64,000 nucleotides of DNA from Vicinamibacterales bacterium (GCA_963811435.1 CAWERD010000004.1:46005-110004); one strand, 5' to 3'. Positions 37,854-49,800 are shown, numbered from the stretch's first letter. Program-made: numbers and translations. Notes: generated by a model not told the origin, from the letters alone.

Positions 37854-39470
37854 TTATTCGTTTGCTGCTTTTTGCCGTCTGATCACCTTGCCAGGTCGCG
37901 CGGTGGTCATGGCTTTACCGTCGAACGCGACCTGTCCGTTCACGATCACCGACGAAAATCCTTCGGCGTACTGATGGGGTTTCTCAAAGGTCGCCGTGTC
38001 GCGCACGCGCGCGGGATCGAAGACCACGATGTCGGCTTTCATGCCTGGCCGCAGGATGCCGCGATCGTTCAGCCGGATGCGCTGAGCTGGAAACGACGTC
38101 ATCTTTCTAATCGCGTCTTCGAGCGTGATAACGTTGCGCTCGCGTACATACACGCCAAGGACGCGTGGAAACGTGCCGTAGCTTCTCGGATGCGGGACGC
38201 CCTGGTTGAACACCTGCACCCAGCCGTCGGACGCGATCATGGTGGCCGGATGGCGCATGATACGCTCGAGATCCTGCTCGGCCATGGCGTGAAACACCCC
38301 CTGGCAGTTGCCCTGCTCCACGATCCAGAGTGCTGACTCGGCGCTGTTCTCGAGCGTAGGCTCCATGCCGCGCATTTTCGTCACATCGGCGAGGTTCTTG
38401 CCCGCCATCGACGCATCGAAGTCGCATTGGGCGAGGAACACGTTCTTCGGATCGCCGCCGCCGCGTTCCTCACGAATAATCCGGACGGTTTCAGCGGCGA
38501 TTTCCTTGCGCGACGAAGGATTCTTCAGGCGCGCGAGCATCTGCTCCCTACCGCCTTCCTGCGCCCACTGCGGCACCATCGACGCGACAAACGCGTTGCT
38601 CGACGCCGTGTACGGATACTGATCGCTCGTGGTGTCTACGCCACGGACGCGCGCGGCCTCGAGCAGTTTCAGCGTCTCGACGCTCTTGCCGTAGTTGGCC
38701 GGGCCGACGATCTTGTGGTGCGTGATCTGCGTGGGCAAACCGCCTTCCTCGCCGATGCGGATGGTTTCTTTCACGCTGTCGACGACGCCGAACGCTTCGT
38801 CGCGCATGTGAGAGATATGGATGCCGCCATATTTGGCCGCAACCTTGGCGAGCTCGATCACTTCCTCGATGGGCGTAAAGGCGCCGGGGACGTAGAACAA
38901 GCCCGTGCTCATGCCGAACGCACCGGCTTTCATCCCTTCATCGACGAAGCTGCGCATCTTGTCGAGCTCGGCCGGCGTCGGCCGGCGGTTCGCGCGGCCG
39001 ATGACCGCCTCGCGCACCGAACCCTGGCCGACGAACGAGCCGATGTTGATGGACTTCTGCAGCGCGTCGAGCTTGTCGAAAAACGGCCCCAGAGGCACAA
39101 CGGACCCGCCGTCGGGCCCTTCGATGATCGTCGTCACGCCCTGCCTGATGTAGTTCTCCGCCGTTGGAACCTGGAAGATGTTTTCACGGCCGTGGTTGTG
39201 AAGATCGATGAAGCCGGGCGACACGATTTGGCCGCCCGCGTCGATGACACGTGTCGCGTTTTCGGAGATCGACGGGGCGATGAGGGCGATGGTGTCGCCG
39301 CGCACGGCGATCTCGCCGCGGTACCACGGACTGCCGGTCCCGTCGACGATGCGGCCGTTACGAATGATGAGATCGTACGGCCCCGCCTGCGCGCCAACCA
39401 TGACGACCGCGGCAACCAGCACTGCGCTTCCGAAGGCAATCGTTCTCTTCACGGTCCCCCCAAGGGTCAC
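37854..39470 (-). CDS. N-acyl-D-amino-acid deacylase (D-aminoacylase), amidohydrolase superfamily
   Basis: DLIIRNGRIVDGTGSPWYRGEIAVRGDTIALI...GFIDLHNHG... typical D-aminoacylase N-terminus; 538 aa; signal peptide. Confidence 0.8.
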   Translation of the reverse strand: MTLGGTVKRTIAFGSAVLVAAVVMVGAQAGPYDLIIRNGRIVDGTGSPWYRGEIAVRGDTIALIAPSISENATRVIDAGGQIVSPGFIDLHNHGRENIFQVPTAENYIRQGVTTIIEGPDGGSVVPLGPFFDKLDALQKSINIGSFVGQGSVREAVIGRANRRPTPAELDKMRSFVDEGMKAGAFGMSTGLFYVPGAFTPIEEVIELAKVAAKYGGIHISHMRDEAFGVVDSVKETIRIGEEGGLPTQITHHKIVGPANYGKSVETLKLLEAARVRGVDTTSDQYPYTASSNAFVASMVPQWAQEGGREQMLARLKNPSSRKEIAAETVRIIREERGGGDPKNVFLAQCDFDASMAGKNLADVTKMRGMEPTLENSAESALWIVEQGNCQGVFHAMAEQDLERIMRHPATMIASDGWVQVFNQGVPHPRSYGTFPRVLGVYVRERNVITLEDAIRKMTSFPAQRIRLNDRGILRPGMKADIVVFDPARVRDTATFEKPHQYAEGFSSVIVNGQVAFDGKAMTTARPGKVIRRQKAANE

Positions 39471-41626
39471 TAGAAACGTTCACGCATTTCCAGACCGGCT
39501 TCAACCTCTTTTTTGTCGCGACGCACCGGCAACAGCTTCTTCTGCACCATCCATGGCAACTGATCCTCGAGGTGCGGCGAGCCTGTCTGGGTGGCGTTGC
39601 CGTAGCCGAGCAGGCACTGGGCCCGCTGGGTGCGCGCAAATTCGATGGCACATACTATCGTTTCGCCGCTGGCCGCGTAATATTTGTTGTCCTGGGCCCG
39701 CGTGAAGGCGATTGTCCGGAAAAGACCGGATCCGCCCGGACCTCCATTGCCCGGCAGGTCGGCGGTTCCGCTCGCGAAGCGGAACACGTCACCCCATTTC
39801 ACGTCAAGGGCGCCGTGCAGCTTTCGGCACTCGTCAGCAGCCGCCGACAAGGCTGCCGCGGCCGAAGCCGGATCGGCCAGGCCGTAGGCCGATTCCAGTG
39901 GACGTGCAGGATCGTAGGCCACCCGCAGTTTGGAGGCCATCCCGCCATTGGCGCCGGAAAAGTACCGATCGGCGAACAGCTGAAAAAGGACGGCGCCTCG
40001 ACTGTCGGCGTCAGTCAGGCGATCCCACTTTGCCAGCACGCCTGCCGCCTCGGTGCCGGCCGCCGCCTTTAACAGATCGGGAAGCACTTTGTCGGCGAGC
40101 TCCATCCGAGTGGAGTGCTTTTTGGAAATGAGCTGCTCGTAGGTGATCTTGGGTCCTTCGGTAATCATCCGCAGCGACCGCAGCGTCCGCATCTGCGGCA
40201 GCGACTCGCCGGTCGGCGCCACGTAAGCCGGGTACTTCGTACGATCGACTCCAGGCAGCGTCATCAACCAGGGAGGCTCGTTGGCGTTCTGATGCCAGCC
40301 GCTCGAAGGGTCGATGGATTTGGGCAGCTCGTCAAACGAAAGATAGTCGGTCCAGAGCGTCTCGGACGTATCGCCGGGGACGACCCCGGACCAATATTGA
40401 AAATCATGCAGACGGCGCCTGGGCACGAGGCCGTCGAACACGAACATGATGTGCCCGCGATCGTCGGCGTAGTTGGCATGCCACATCGGCACCGACATCA
40501 TGCGAAGGGCCGCCTGAAATTCCTCGAGCGTCCGCGCTTCGCCCATGCGGAACCACTGCTCGAGCATCTTCGGGCGATCGAGGCCGGCGACACGCATGGC
40601 GATCGTGACGCCGTTCCGGTCGTAGACCACCGGACCATGCACGCTTCGGCGAACGTCGAGCCGTTCGTCGCGCAATGACCCGTCGGGCTGTTTCACTTTG
40701 ATCGTGCGCGTCTCGCGTTCGAATGGACGCGTTGAACCGTCGAACAGATACTGCCCGTCCCTGACCGTTAACCTGAAGAAGTCGACGGTATCGATCGTGT
40801 TCACCGTGCGACCCCAACCGGTATGGCGGTTGAACCCGACGACAGCGACCGGAAATCCGACCTGAGGCGCACCAACCTGGTCGTAATCAGGCCCGACCAG
40901 ATGCACTTGCATGTAGCGATAGAAGGTATTGCCCCAGGCGAGATGCGGATTGATGATGAGCATCGCGTTTCCGCTCGCGGAGCGCGACGGGCCAATCGCC
41001 CAGGTATTTGATCCGGCAGCCAGCTCGCTGTGTTCTTCTCCGACCGACGCGCGCTGCCCTTTGAGCAACGCATTCACTTCGGTGTTCATGCGCGCGGGCG
41101 AACCCATGTAGCCGTAATGAACGGCGCGCAGCGAATGCTGCACGACGTCGACACCCGACACCGGCAGCACCATACGGTACGCCTGGCCAACGGCAGCAGG
41201 ATTCCTGGCGGCAAAGTCGTTGATGCCACGCGCGAACGCGTCGAGGTACTTCCGGAACTGCGGATCCTGCGCGTCGTACCAACTCCTCGCGCGATCCGGC
41301 ACGCCGTTCAGCTGGACCCATCGATCGAGCTCGAGATTCGCCTCGCCACCCCAGTATTCCGCGGCACGTCCACGCGATTCGCCGTAGAGCCGAAGGAGCA
41401 GATCGGCCTGGTTCCGCATCTGTGCCCAGCCGTGCGCGTAGAACATCGACTCGCGATCGGCCGCATAAATGTGCGGCACGCCGTAGCGATCCCAGAGGAT
41501 TTCCGTGTTCTCCGCTGCGAATGGTCTTGTGATCGAGAGAAGGACAAGCAGTCCCAGAGAGGCGATGCCGGCACCCTGCGTCAATCGCATCATCGACCTC
41601 CAAAAGGCTGGCCTGAAGGCCAGCAC
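39470..41626 (-). CDS. penicillin acylase family (S45, Ntn-hydrolase) protein, AHL-acylase-like
   Basis: WDRYGVPHIYA...; beta-subunit N-terminal nucleophile SNTWAIGPSRSASGNAMLIINPHLAW; 718 aa; stop overlaps the D-aminoacylase start. Confidence 0.8.
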   Translation of the reverse strand: MLAFRPAFWRSMMRLTQGAGIASLGLLVLLSITRPFAAENTEILWDRYGVPHIYAADRESMFYAHGWAQMRNQADLLLRLYGESRGRAAEYWGGEANLELDRWVQLNGVPDRARSWYDAQDPQFRKYLDAFARGINDFAARNPAAVGQAYRMVLPVSGVDVVQHSLRAVHYGYMGSPARMNTEVNALLKGQRASVGEEHSELAAGSNTWAIGPSRSASGNAMLIINPHLAWGNTFYRYMQVHLVGPDYDQVGAPQVGFPVAVVGFNRHTGWGRTVNTIDTVDFFRLTVRDGQYLFDGSTRPFERETRTIKVKQPDGSLRDERLDVRRSVHGPVVYDRNGVTIAMRVAGLDRPKMLEQWFRMGEARTLEEFQAALRMMSVPMWHANYADDRGHIMFVFDGLVPRRRLHDFQYWSGVVPGDTSETLWTDYLSFDELPKSIDPSSGWHQNANEPPWLMTLPGVDRTKYPAYVAPTGESLPQMRTLRSLRMITEGPKITYEQLISKKHSTRMELADKVLPDLLKAAAGTEAAGVLAKWDRLTDADSRGAVLFQLFADRYFSGANGGMASKLRVAYDPARPLESAYGLADPASAAAALSAAADECRKLHGALDVKWGDVFRFASGTADLPGNGGPGGSGLFRTIAFTRAQDNKYYAASGETIVCAIEFARTQRAQCLLGYGNATQTGSPHLEDQLPWMVQKKLLPVRRDKKEVEAGLEMRERF

Positions 41627-41643
41627 TACGTACCGTTACCCCG

Positions 41644-42480
41644 TTACTGCGTACCGTTACGACCATTCAGGCCGGCGACGCTCACCTGTTTCCCCCACAG
41701 CTGACGCACGATCGGCTCAACCTTTTCTGCCTCGCCGGTCGTCCAGAACTGCTCTGTTCCCACCGCGTCTGTTGCGTTGACGAGACCGCTCGTCTCGAGC
41801 CGCCGCCGTAACTCGCGCGCGACAGCCGTGGCGGGATCGATAACGTCTACCCCAGGACCGGCGACCTCCTCAATGAGCGGCCGCAGAAACGGGTAGTGCG
41901 TGCACCCCAGCACGAGGATATCGGCCCCCTTGTCGACAATGGGCTGCACGTATCGCCGCACCAGCGCGCGGGTCCCGTCTGAGCCGATCTCACCCTTCTC
42001 CACCTGATCGGCCAGGCCGGGACACGGCTGAATGACGAACTCGACATCGGACCCGTAGTTGGCGAGCAGCTTGCTCATGTTCGGGCTTGCGAGCGTGCCG
42101 GTGGTTGCCAGCACGCCCACGACCCGAGAACGGGTACGCGCCGCGGCAGGCTTCACGGCTGGCTCGATGGCGATGATGGGCATGGTGAAGCGCCCGCGAA
42201 GCGCCGAGGCCGCAACGGCTGTGGCGGTGTTGCACGCAACCACGACGGCTTTTGCACCGTGCTGAACCAGAGAGTCCGTAATGGTGATAGCACGTTCGAC
42301 GACGAACGCAGCCGATTTCTCGCCGTAGGGCGCACATCCCGAGTCGGCAACGTACAGAAAGTGTTCACGTGGCAGCTCCTGCCGGAGGGCGCGGAGCACC
42401 GACAATCCGCCAACGCCGGAATCAAACACGCCGACGGGTCTCTGGGAAGGGTGCAACATTTTCCGCTTCCGGATCGTCAT
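41644..42480 (-). CDS. murI: glutamate racemase
   Basis: VGVFDSGVGGLSVL...; two catalytic Cys contexts (…ADSGCAPYG… / …LGCTHYPFL…). Confidence 0.9.
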   Translation of the reverse strand: MTIRKRKMLHPSQRPVGVFDSGVGGLSVLRALRQELPREHFLYVADSGCAPYGEKSAAFVVERAITITDSLVQHGAKAVVVACNTATAVAASALRGRFTMPIIAIEPAVKPAAARTRSRVVGVLATTGTLASPNMSKLLANYGSDVEFVIQPCPGLADQVEKGEIGSDGTRALVRRYVQPIVDKGADILVLGCTHYPFLRPLIEEVAGPGVDVIDPATAVARELRRRLETSGLVNATDAVGTEQFWTTGEAEKVEPIVRQLWGKQVSVAGLNGRNGTQ

Positions 42481-42658
42481 TCATGACTGAGCCTGCATTT
42501 TACGTCGATTAATCCCGGTCGTCATTCGGATCGGGGTGGTCAGACGTTGATTCAAGTGACGGCGAATTAACCGTTGGTGGTGGATGCGCGTAGTTACTCA
42601 ATGAACTGAACGGCAACGAAGGCAGGGGCGGCGGCGTCTAACGCCCGAGGGAAGAAAC

Positions 42659-43240
42659 ATGAAGCGATCCACGATCCTCGCGTTGACGTTCTGTGCGTGG
42701 TCGGTGCAGCCCCGTCCCACAATCGCACAGACCAGTTCCGGATTCGAACTCGCGCGCTCGTCTTTCACATCTGTGCGCGAATACGTCGCAGCAGAAGCCA
42801 TCCCGACACAACTTGCTCTTCCGCCCAACCTTGTCGTGGCGGACGCGTACCGTCCGCTCCTCGAGTCGATGCTCCGCAACTCACCGACATTTCGCCGGCA
42901 GTGCGTGCGCATTGCCGGCGAGCCCGCCCTCACGGTGCATCTGGGCGTCACACCGTCGACATGGCGATCGGATTTTCGCGCCACGACACGCGTGGTACGC
43001 CGGCCGAACGGCGGCCTCTCGGCCCACATTGCGATCGCGCCGCTCAACGATCTCGTCGAGTTGATCGCGCACGAGTTCGAGCATGTCATCGAACAGCTCG
43101 ACGGCGTCGATCTCGCGGCGCTCGCGGCGTTGCCGCGCACGGGCGTTCACGCACAGGCGGGGATGTCCGACATCTTCGAAACCGTTCGCGCGACGCGCGT
43201 CGGACAGCAAGTCACGGCCGAGGTGCGGCGGCAATCATGA
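42659..43240 (+). CDS. secreted hypothetical protein with HExxH motif (HEFEH)
   Basis: Signal peptide MKRSTILALTFCAWSVQPRPTIAQ; ELIAHEFEHVIEQLDG; TGA overlaps the next ATG. Confidence 0.45.
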   Translation: MKRSTILALTFCAWSVQPRPTIAQTSSGFELARSSFTSVREYVAAEAIPTQLALPPNLVVADAYRPLLESMLRNSPTFRRQCVRIAGEPALTVHLGVTPSTWRSDFRATTRVVRRPNGGLSAHIAIAPLNDLVELIAHEFEHVIEQLDGVDLAALAALPRTGVHAQAGMSDIFETVRATRVGQQVTAEVRRQS

Positions 43241-44364
43241 AAGCCGCGGCGATCGCGCTCGTGATGAGCACGATGCTCACCGTCGATCAGCGCGATATGC
43301 ACCGGTCTGACCTCGACGCCGCCTGGTCGGGCGTCAGCAGCGACGGCCGGTACGTCGCGTTCATTACATACGCGCAGCTGGCCGGCGCCGACACCGACGA
43401 CATGAGGGACGTGTACGTGCTCGATCGGGTCAGACAACAGGTGACATTCGAGACCACATTCGCCGGTGACGCCAACCCCATGGATTGCAGCCATCCCGCC
43501 CTCAGCGCAGACGGCCGCTATCTTGTCTACGAATCCGATACCGCGATTGTGTGGCGCGACAGACGCGAGAATGTCACCAGGGTCGTGGGTCACGGGCGGC
43601 AACCCTCGATCACCGCGGACGGCCGCGTCATTCTGTTTGTATCGGGGCAGAACATCTATGCCGTCGAATCACACAGTGACGCCCCGCGTCGTGTGAGCAT
43701 CGACATGCCCGAGCTCGATGCGGCAACGGCGGCAAGCTTCTCGCCGAGCGGCAGCGCAGACGGACAGTACGTCGCCTTCTCGGCGCGACCGCCGTTGCCC
43801 GGTCGCCATCGTCCCGTGTCGCAGGTGTTTGTGCGCGATACCGCGCTGAACGTCACCAGACGGATTGGAAACGGATGGGCGCCGGCCATGAGCGGCGATG
43901 GACGGTATGTGGCGTTCGCCGGACCATCGAGCGGCGTCACGCATATTTTTCTTGCCGACCTTCATAAGGGCACGACACAGCTCATCACGAAGAGCGCCAG
44001 GCGCGGCAAGGCAAACGGTGACAGCGCCAACCCGAGCATGTCCTCCAACGGGCGCTTCATCGTCTTTCAATCAAAAGCCAGCGACCTGGTGCCGGGAGAG
44101 GATTTCAATCTGCTGTGGGACGTATTTGTCTACGACCGCGAGAGCGACACCATCGCGAGGGTGAGCGGCGATCTCGACGGTGTGTGGATGGAGCCGAGCA
44201 TCGGGCCGTCAATCGACGGCAGCGGCGGCGTCATTGCCTTCTCCTCGCGCCACCCGACGGCTTCATCCGATAAGCAGAACGACTTCGATTTGTACGTCGC
44301 GACGGCCACGCCCACAGACTCCAACAGAAGCTCACAAGGTCAGAAGGTTGTTCTGGTCAGATAA
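43238..44364 (+). CDS. PD40/TolB-like beta-propeller repeat protein
   Basis: Repeated S-x-DGRY-x-AF / SADGRYLVYESD / SGDGRYVAFAG / SSNGRFIVFQS blades. Confidence 0.6.
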
Positions 44365-44482
44365 TTGCCTGTCCGATCTGACGAAGCAGTTTTTGCACGG
44401 TTGCGAAGCCGTCGTGCGCGCAATTCTCTCTACGTGCTAACGCCGCGCTTTAGAAGGTGGGCACAGAATTGACCGGAACGAT

Positions 44483-44911
44483 TTGTGCTGTAGCCTCTGT
44501 GTGGCTACAGACGACGACATCGAGCGGACTGCAAACAAGATTATTGGCTGCGCGATCGAGGTACACCGCAATCTGGGACCGGGCCTCCTGGAATCCGTTT
44601 ATCGGGAATGCCTGCTCATTGAACTCAGAGACAGTGTCCTCAAGTTCGATTGCGAACGCCGCGTTCCGCTCTCATACAAGGGACGCACGATCAATAGCAC
44701 TCTCAGGCTCGACCTGTTTGTGAATGATTGCGTGATCGTGGAACTGAAAGCGATCGAACAAATACATCCTGTTCACCTCGCTCAAGTCATTACGTATCTG
44801 AAGCTGAGCGCCTGTCCCGTCGGATTGCTGTTGAACTTCAACGTGACTTCGCTCCGATCCGGCCTGCGCCGGCTCGATCACCCAGACCGATACAAGAATC
44901 GAACCGTTTAA
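44483..44911 (+). CDS. GxxExxY protein (start codon uncertain; possible GTG at 44501)
   Basis: IIGCAIEVHRNLGPGLLESVYRECL (GxxExxY motif); a short hairpin ctgtagcc tctgtgt ggctacag lies in the annotated N-terminus. Confidence 0.75.
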   Translation: MCCSLCVATDDDIERTANKIIGCAIEVHRNLGPGLLESVYRECLLIELRDSVLKFDCERRVPLSYKGRTINSTLRLDLFVNDCVIVELKAIEQIHPVHLAQVITYLKLSACPVGLLLNFNVTSLRSGLRRLDHPDRYKNRTV

Positions 44912-44968
44912 TCCGATCTTCCGATCTCCTGTTCTTCTGATCTTTTGAGCTTCTGTTTTGTTTTCGTC

Positions 44969-46780
44969 TTATTTCGCTGTCTCAGCCCGCAGCTGGTTGA
45001 GCAGCTCACGTACCGGCAGCTCGGGTCTTTTCGCTACGGCCTTCTCGAGGTGAGCGATCGCGTCGGGCACCCGCGATGGAATGTCTGACAGCGCCAGTCC
45101 GAGGTTCACGTTCGCTTCGACGCTGTCCGGCTGAAGCTTCACCGCGTGCTCGAGGAGCGTGATCGCCTCGGCATGCCGATCCGGCAGGTCCATCAGAATC
45201 GTTCCCAGGTTGTAGTTGGCCCGGAAGTGATCGGGGTCGAGGCGAAGCACAGCCTCATAGTGCGTGACCGCCTCGTGAGATCGGCCCGGTTGATCGATCA
45301 GGGCGTCGCCGAGCTTCATGTGCGCGAGCACCAGGTTGTTCTTTGCATCGACGTAGCCTGGTCTCGCCTTCAACGCGCCTTCAAAGGCTTCGATCGCCTC
45401 AGGCATCCTGTTCCTGGCTGCCAGTTCAGTGCCGAGATTCTGATATGCCATCCACGCTTGCGGGTTGCGCCCGATGGTGTCACGAAACAGCGTTTCGGCG
45501 TCCCGATAAAACGCGCTGCGGTTCCAGGTGAGCACCGCGAGCAAGACGACGATGGATGCGCTCGCGATCGTCAGCACGCGCCGGAACGGAGGCTCGAGCT
45601 CGCGGGACGCGATCGTCAGGGCGCTGGCAATCGGCACGATGATGCCGAGGCTCGCGAGGTACTGAAAGTGATCGGCCACATACGAAAACACGAACGGATA
45701 CACGTTGAAGAAGCCGAGCACCGGGGCGAGCGTGCCGCAGAAAAACAGGTATCCCGCAAGCAACCCACGCTTTCCGGTCGCTGCGAGGGCAACTGCGAGT
45801 GCGACCGCGCCCGCTGGATAAAGATACTGCCACCATTCGGAGGCATCGATTGTCCAGCGTGGATAAATGAAGCTGAGATTCCCGGGCCAGACGAGCGTCG
45901 CGAGATAGAACCAGATCACACGTCCCGCGAGGAGGATTCGCTCGACCATCGTCAACGCGAAATCCTCACCTCTCGCACCGATGATCTGATGCTCGAACCA
46001 CGCGGTCACTGCACCGGCAGCAGCAGCGACGGCCAGCCATGGCACGAGCGGCACCACATCACGGCGCCACTCGATCCTCCCCGTTGCCACCACAACACGA
46101 GCAGCAACGCCGCAGGCAGTGTCGCCGTGACGGTCTTGGTAAGGAGTGCGCAGAAGAAAGAGCGCGAATGCGAGCCAGTAATGAGCCGGCCTGAAAAGGC
46201 TGTGCCACCGGCGCTACGGTGTGTGGCGCGGGTGCGGCTCTGTGGACCCGCCGGACGCGATGGTCGACAAACCCCAAATACACATACGCCGAGGCAAGAT
46301 AAAACACCGCCGACAACGTGTTCTTCTGCTCAGAGATCCATGCGACCGATTCGACACCAACCGGATGCAGCGCGAAGATCAATCCGGCCAGCAAGGCACC
46401 AGGCACCGCAAGCTGCCGCAGGTTGAGAACGACGAGCGTGGCGGCCGTCGCGTGCAGAACAATGTTGGAAAGGTGGTATCCCAGCATCGAGTCGCCCCAG
46501 AGGCGGTACTCGAGCCAGAACACAGAGTGCAGAAGCGGATAGTACTGCTGGGTCGCACCGAGCTCGGTCCAGATGCGCCCAAGACCTCCAAACGATCGCA
46601 GGTGCGGCAGCGTGATGTGGGCGAGATCGTCCCAGAGCAGGCTGCCGTTCAATGCCGGGAGATACGCGACGAACACCGCTGCGAATATCAGCAGCCAGGA
46701 ATAGTCGGTGCGTTTCTCCTGGACCGTTGCGCGTACGGCGCGCGCGCGTTTCACGTTGAGTACATACCACAACAAAAAAA
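44969..46780 (-). CDS. TMTC-like membrane protein: DUF1736/PMT-like N-terminal TM domain + C-terminal TPR repeats (2 frame changes)
   Basis: 46059-46811 piece (…YYPLLHSVFWLEYRLWGDSMLGYHLSNIVLHA…) plus 44969-46093 piece with 5-6 TPR units (…AIEAFEGALKARPGYVDAKNNLVLAHMKLGD…). Confidence 0.55.
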
Positions 46781-46809
46781 GGGCGACGGCCCTCTCGAAC
46801 CGTCGCCCC
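46774..46809 (-). terminator. rho-independent terminator after the large TBDR-like gene
   Basis: Minus-strand reading GGGGCGACGG ttcgagaggg CCGTCGCCC TTTTTTT. Confidence 0.55.
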
Positions 46810-46895
46810 ACGAACCTGCGAATTTCACGAACCTACGAACCCGCCTTCGCGCCGAACCATCCATCGCTTCGGCGCGGCAGGCGCGAACCTACTGC

Positions 46896-49800
46896 GTCAG
46901 AAGATGTAACGTAGCGACATCTGCATACGACGCTCGTTGCGAGCCGCCGTCACCTTGCCGAAGTTCGTGTCGGTCTGCGCGCCCGTATTCGGGTCGAACA
47001 TCGCCGTCGTTGTTAACGTCCTGGAACGACACCTGGTTGAACAGGTTGTAGATCTCCAGGCGGAACTGCAGCTGCTGAGATCCCTTCAGCCTGATATCCT
47101 TGAAGAACGAGAGATCGTGATTGTGCCAGCCAGGCAGCGTGAACTTCCATGCGCACGGCAGTCGTTGCCGCATCTGACCGCCAGCGGCTGACCGGCACGG
47201 TCAGCGGCTTGCAACCAGCGCTCGGTGTTGGACCACTCGTCGACGTGAGCTCGCCGCCCGGTAGAACGGGCTCGCCGTCGATGATTGTAGCAGACCGCAC
47301 TGCTCGCCGCCGCCGGTAAAGTCGAAGCCGGGCTGTAGGTCACGACGCCCGGGTTCGACACGTGCCATGTGCCGCGCCCACCGGTGCCGAACGTGCTGAT
47401 GCCCGAAATGCGCCAGTTGTCGAGAACCCACGCGACGACCTTGTTGCCGCCAACAGTGCGGGCTCGCCCTCGGCAATCTCGACCTGGTAGCTGACGCGAC
47501 CAGCACGTGCTCCTGAATATCTCGCCGCTGATCGAGATTCGGCAACGTCGAATGCACGTCATTGTTGCCGTTACCGCCATACGTGTCTTCATAACCGCGC
47601 GCCCACGTGTAGCTGCCGGCCATTTCAAAGCGTCCGGTGAACCGGCGCGTCACCTGCATCTGCAGCGAGTCGTACTTCTGCCATCCGTCGGGCTCGCCGA
47701 TCTCGATGTCGTTGAATCCGAGAATCGGACGCAGAAACACATCGGGCAATGCGCCAGGGTTCGCCGCCGTCGCTGCCACCGTCGTGTCGCGATTCTGCCG
47801 GATCGAATCGCGCGCCCGCTGGAATCGTCGTTGATGTTCGAATTCGCGCGCCAACGTGCGTCGTCCGCGAGGCCGACATACGCGGCATCGACGACGATGT
47901 TCCTGCCGAGCTCTCGCTGAATGGCGGCCGTGTAGCGGATGTTGTTCGGGCCGCGCGTTGTCGGTCCGAATGGGCCGCTCGGTATTCGGCACCGAGGCGT
48001 TGCCGACGCGCCGGTCAGATACGAGTCGAGATCGGTGAAGAGGACGTTCCTGGTTGTAATCGATACGCCGCGTTGCCATCCGCCCTGCTGCTAGCGTTGC
48101 CGCCGTAGCCGTCATGGAACGAGCCGACACCCGCACGCGGATGACCGTCCGCGGATTCAGCGCCCACGCCATGCCGACCCGCGGATCGAACTGAATGCCC
48201 GGAAGGCTCGATGAAGCCTTCGTCGCCACTATCGAGATAGTTGCCGTCATCCTGCGTGACGAAGCCGTTGATCGTGCAGGGCGTCTGCGCCGTGAGAACC
48301 TGCGCGCAGGTGTAGCCCGTTCCCGGCACGATGAGGCCGATGTAGGTCGCCGGCAGGATCTGGCCCGTTCTGCGGATTCTCGCAGCCGGCGCGTGGTGCC
48401 GTTGAGACCGGCTGGAAGAACACGGGCGGGTTGCCGCCCCACCGTGGATCGAATCGTTCCTGGCTGAAGGCCGACGCTTCTTGCCACCCTGCGACGAGTA
48501 CGGTCCCCACTTATACATGCGGAGGCCGAGGTCGAACGTGACTTTCGGCGTCATCTTCCACGTGTCCTGCACGTACCACGCCCAGGTCTCGCTGACGGCG
48601 ATCGTCGGGCACACGGCCGAGCGATTCCGTGTAGCTGCGGACCTGGCCGAGCAGCGCGTTCGCACCAGGCATAGCCGCGTCCGATTCGGATGCGCGCTGT
48701 CGTCCGCGAAGTTGAACTTGCCGCCGAACATGTCCCGAGCGCGCCTGTCCGAAGAGCTCGTCCTCGCGCATGACGCCCCATCTTGTAGGTGTGGCGTTCC
48801 GCGCGTGTGCGTCAGGTTGAGGGCGACGTTGATCGCGATGTCGTTGCCGTAAATCGGCCAGCGTCCATCGTAGAGATGATCCGAGCACGGTGCCGCCGTC
48901 GTTGCTGCTGCAGTCGCTCGATCCGGCCGCTCGGGATGTTGCCGAACACGCGCCTGCGGAATCAGGCCGAGCGGATTGTGCTGCCCGGCGAACTGGCCGA
49001 GGCCGGGCGAGCTGCGGATACGTCGAGCGCTGGATGCCGCGCAGCGCCGTGTCGTCTTCCGGCGGTCCATCCTCGATGCTGTTGAAGAAGCCGGTGGAGA
49101 ACTCGAGAATCGTCGACGTATTGAGAATGCGGGTGTAGTCGGTCTTGGCGATGTCGACGTCGAAGTCATAGCGCTGTCGACCAGGCCCCACCGCGCCGAG
49201 GCACCGTCAACGTTGATGCCGACAGACCTCGTGTAGAACGTCTGGTACTTCACCGCGAGCGAGTCTCTATCGGTCGGCCGCTAGTCGCCGCGGAACATGT
49301 GCTGCCGGCGCGGCCAGTCGATGCTGGGCTCCTGCGTCACGTAGTTGTAGCCGTTGACGCCCGTGGTATTCGGCGTCGGGTAGCAGATTCAGCAAGCGCC
49401 TGGCCGCGCGGGTCGATGCGGTTGGCCGGAATCCTGTTGCCGGAAAACGTCTGCGTTGGTGTTGCGGGTCGCTGAATAGGAATGAGCGTGCCGTTCGGCG
49501 TGACCGTTTGCGAGAAATCGCCGGTACGCTCGAGCGCCGTCGGCACCTGATAGAACTTCAGGATGTCTGCACTCTTTGCGCCTGCGTGTCGTCGAGGACG
49601 TAGAAGAAGAACAGCTTGTTGCCGTCGGGGTTCACGCCCTTGATCTTCGGAATCGGACCGCCGATCGTGCCGCCGAGGTTCGAGTATCGATACTGCGGCT
49701 TCGGCCGGTTGTTGATCTTGTTGAAGTAGTTGGTCGCGTTCCACGATCTCGTGACGCTTGTACCAGTAGGCCGGTGCCGTGGTATTCCGCGCCGCCGTGC

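Noticed and set aside
42481-42658. Searched the intergenic gaps at 42481-42658, 44365-44482, 50531-50666 and 22465-22770 for tRNA or other small RNA genes
   Set aside because: No cloverleaf-compatible stems or conserved tRNA boxes were recognised by eye. This cannot be excluded without a tRNAscan or covariance-model search.
46059-46811. N-terminal 25 aa of the TMTC-like ORF (MGRRFERAVALFLLWYVLNVKRARAV…)
   Set aside because: This segment is a read-through of the upstream gene's rho-independent terminator (46774-46809). The real start is probably downstream, near 46735.
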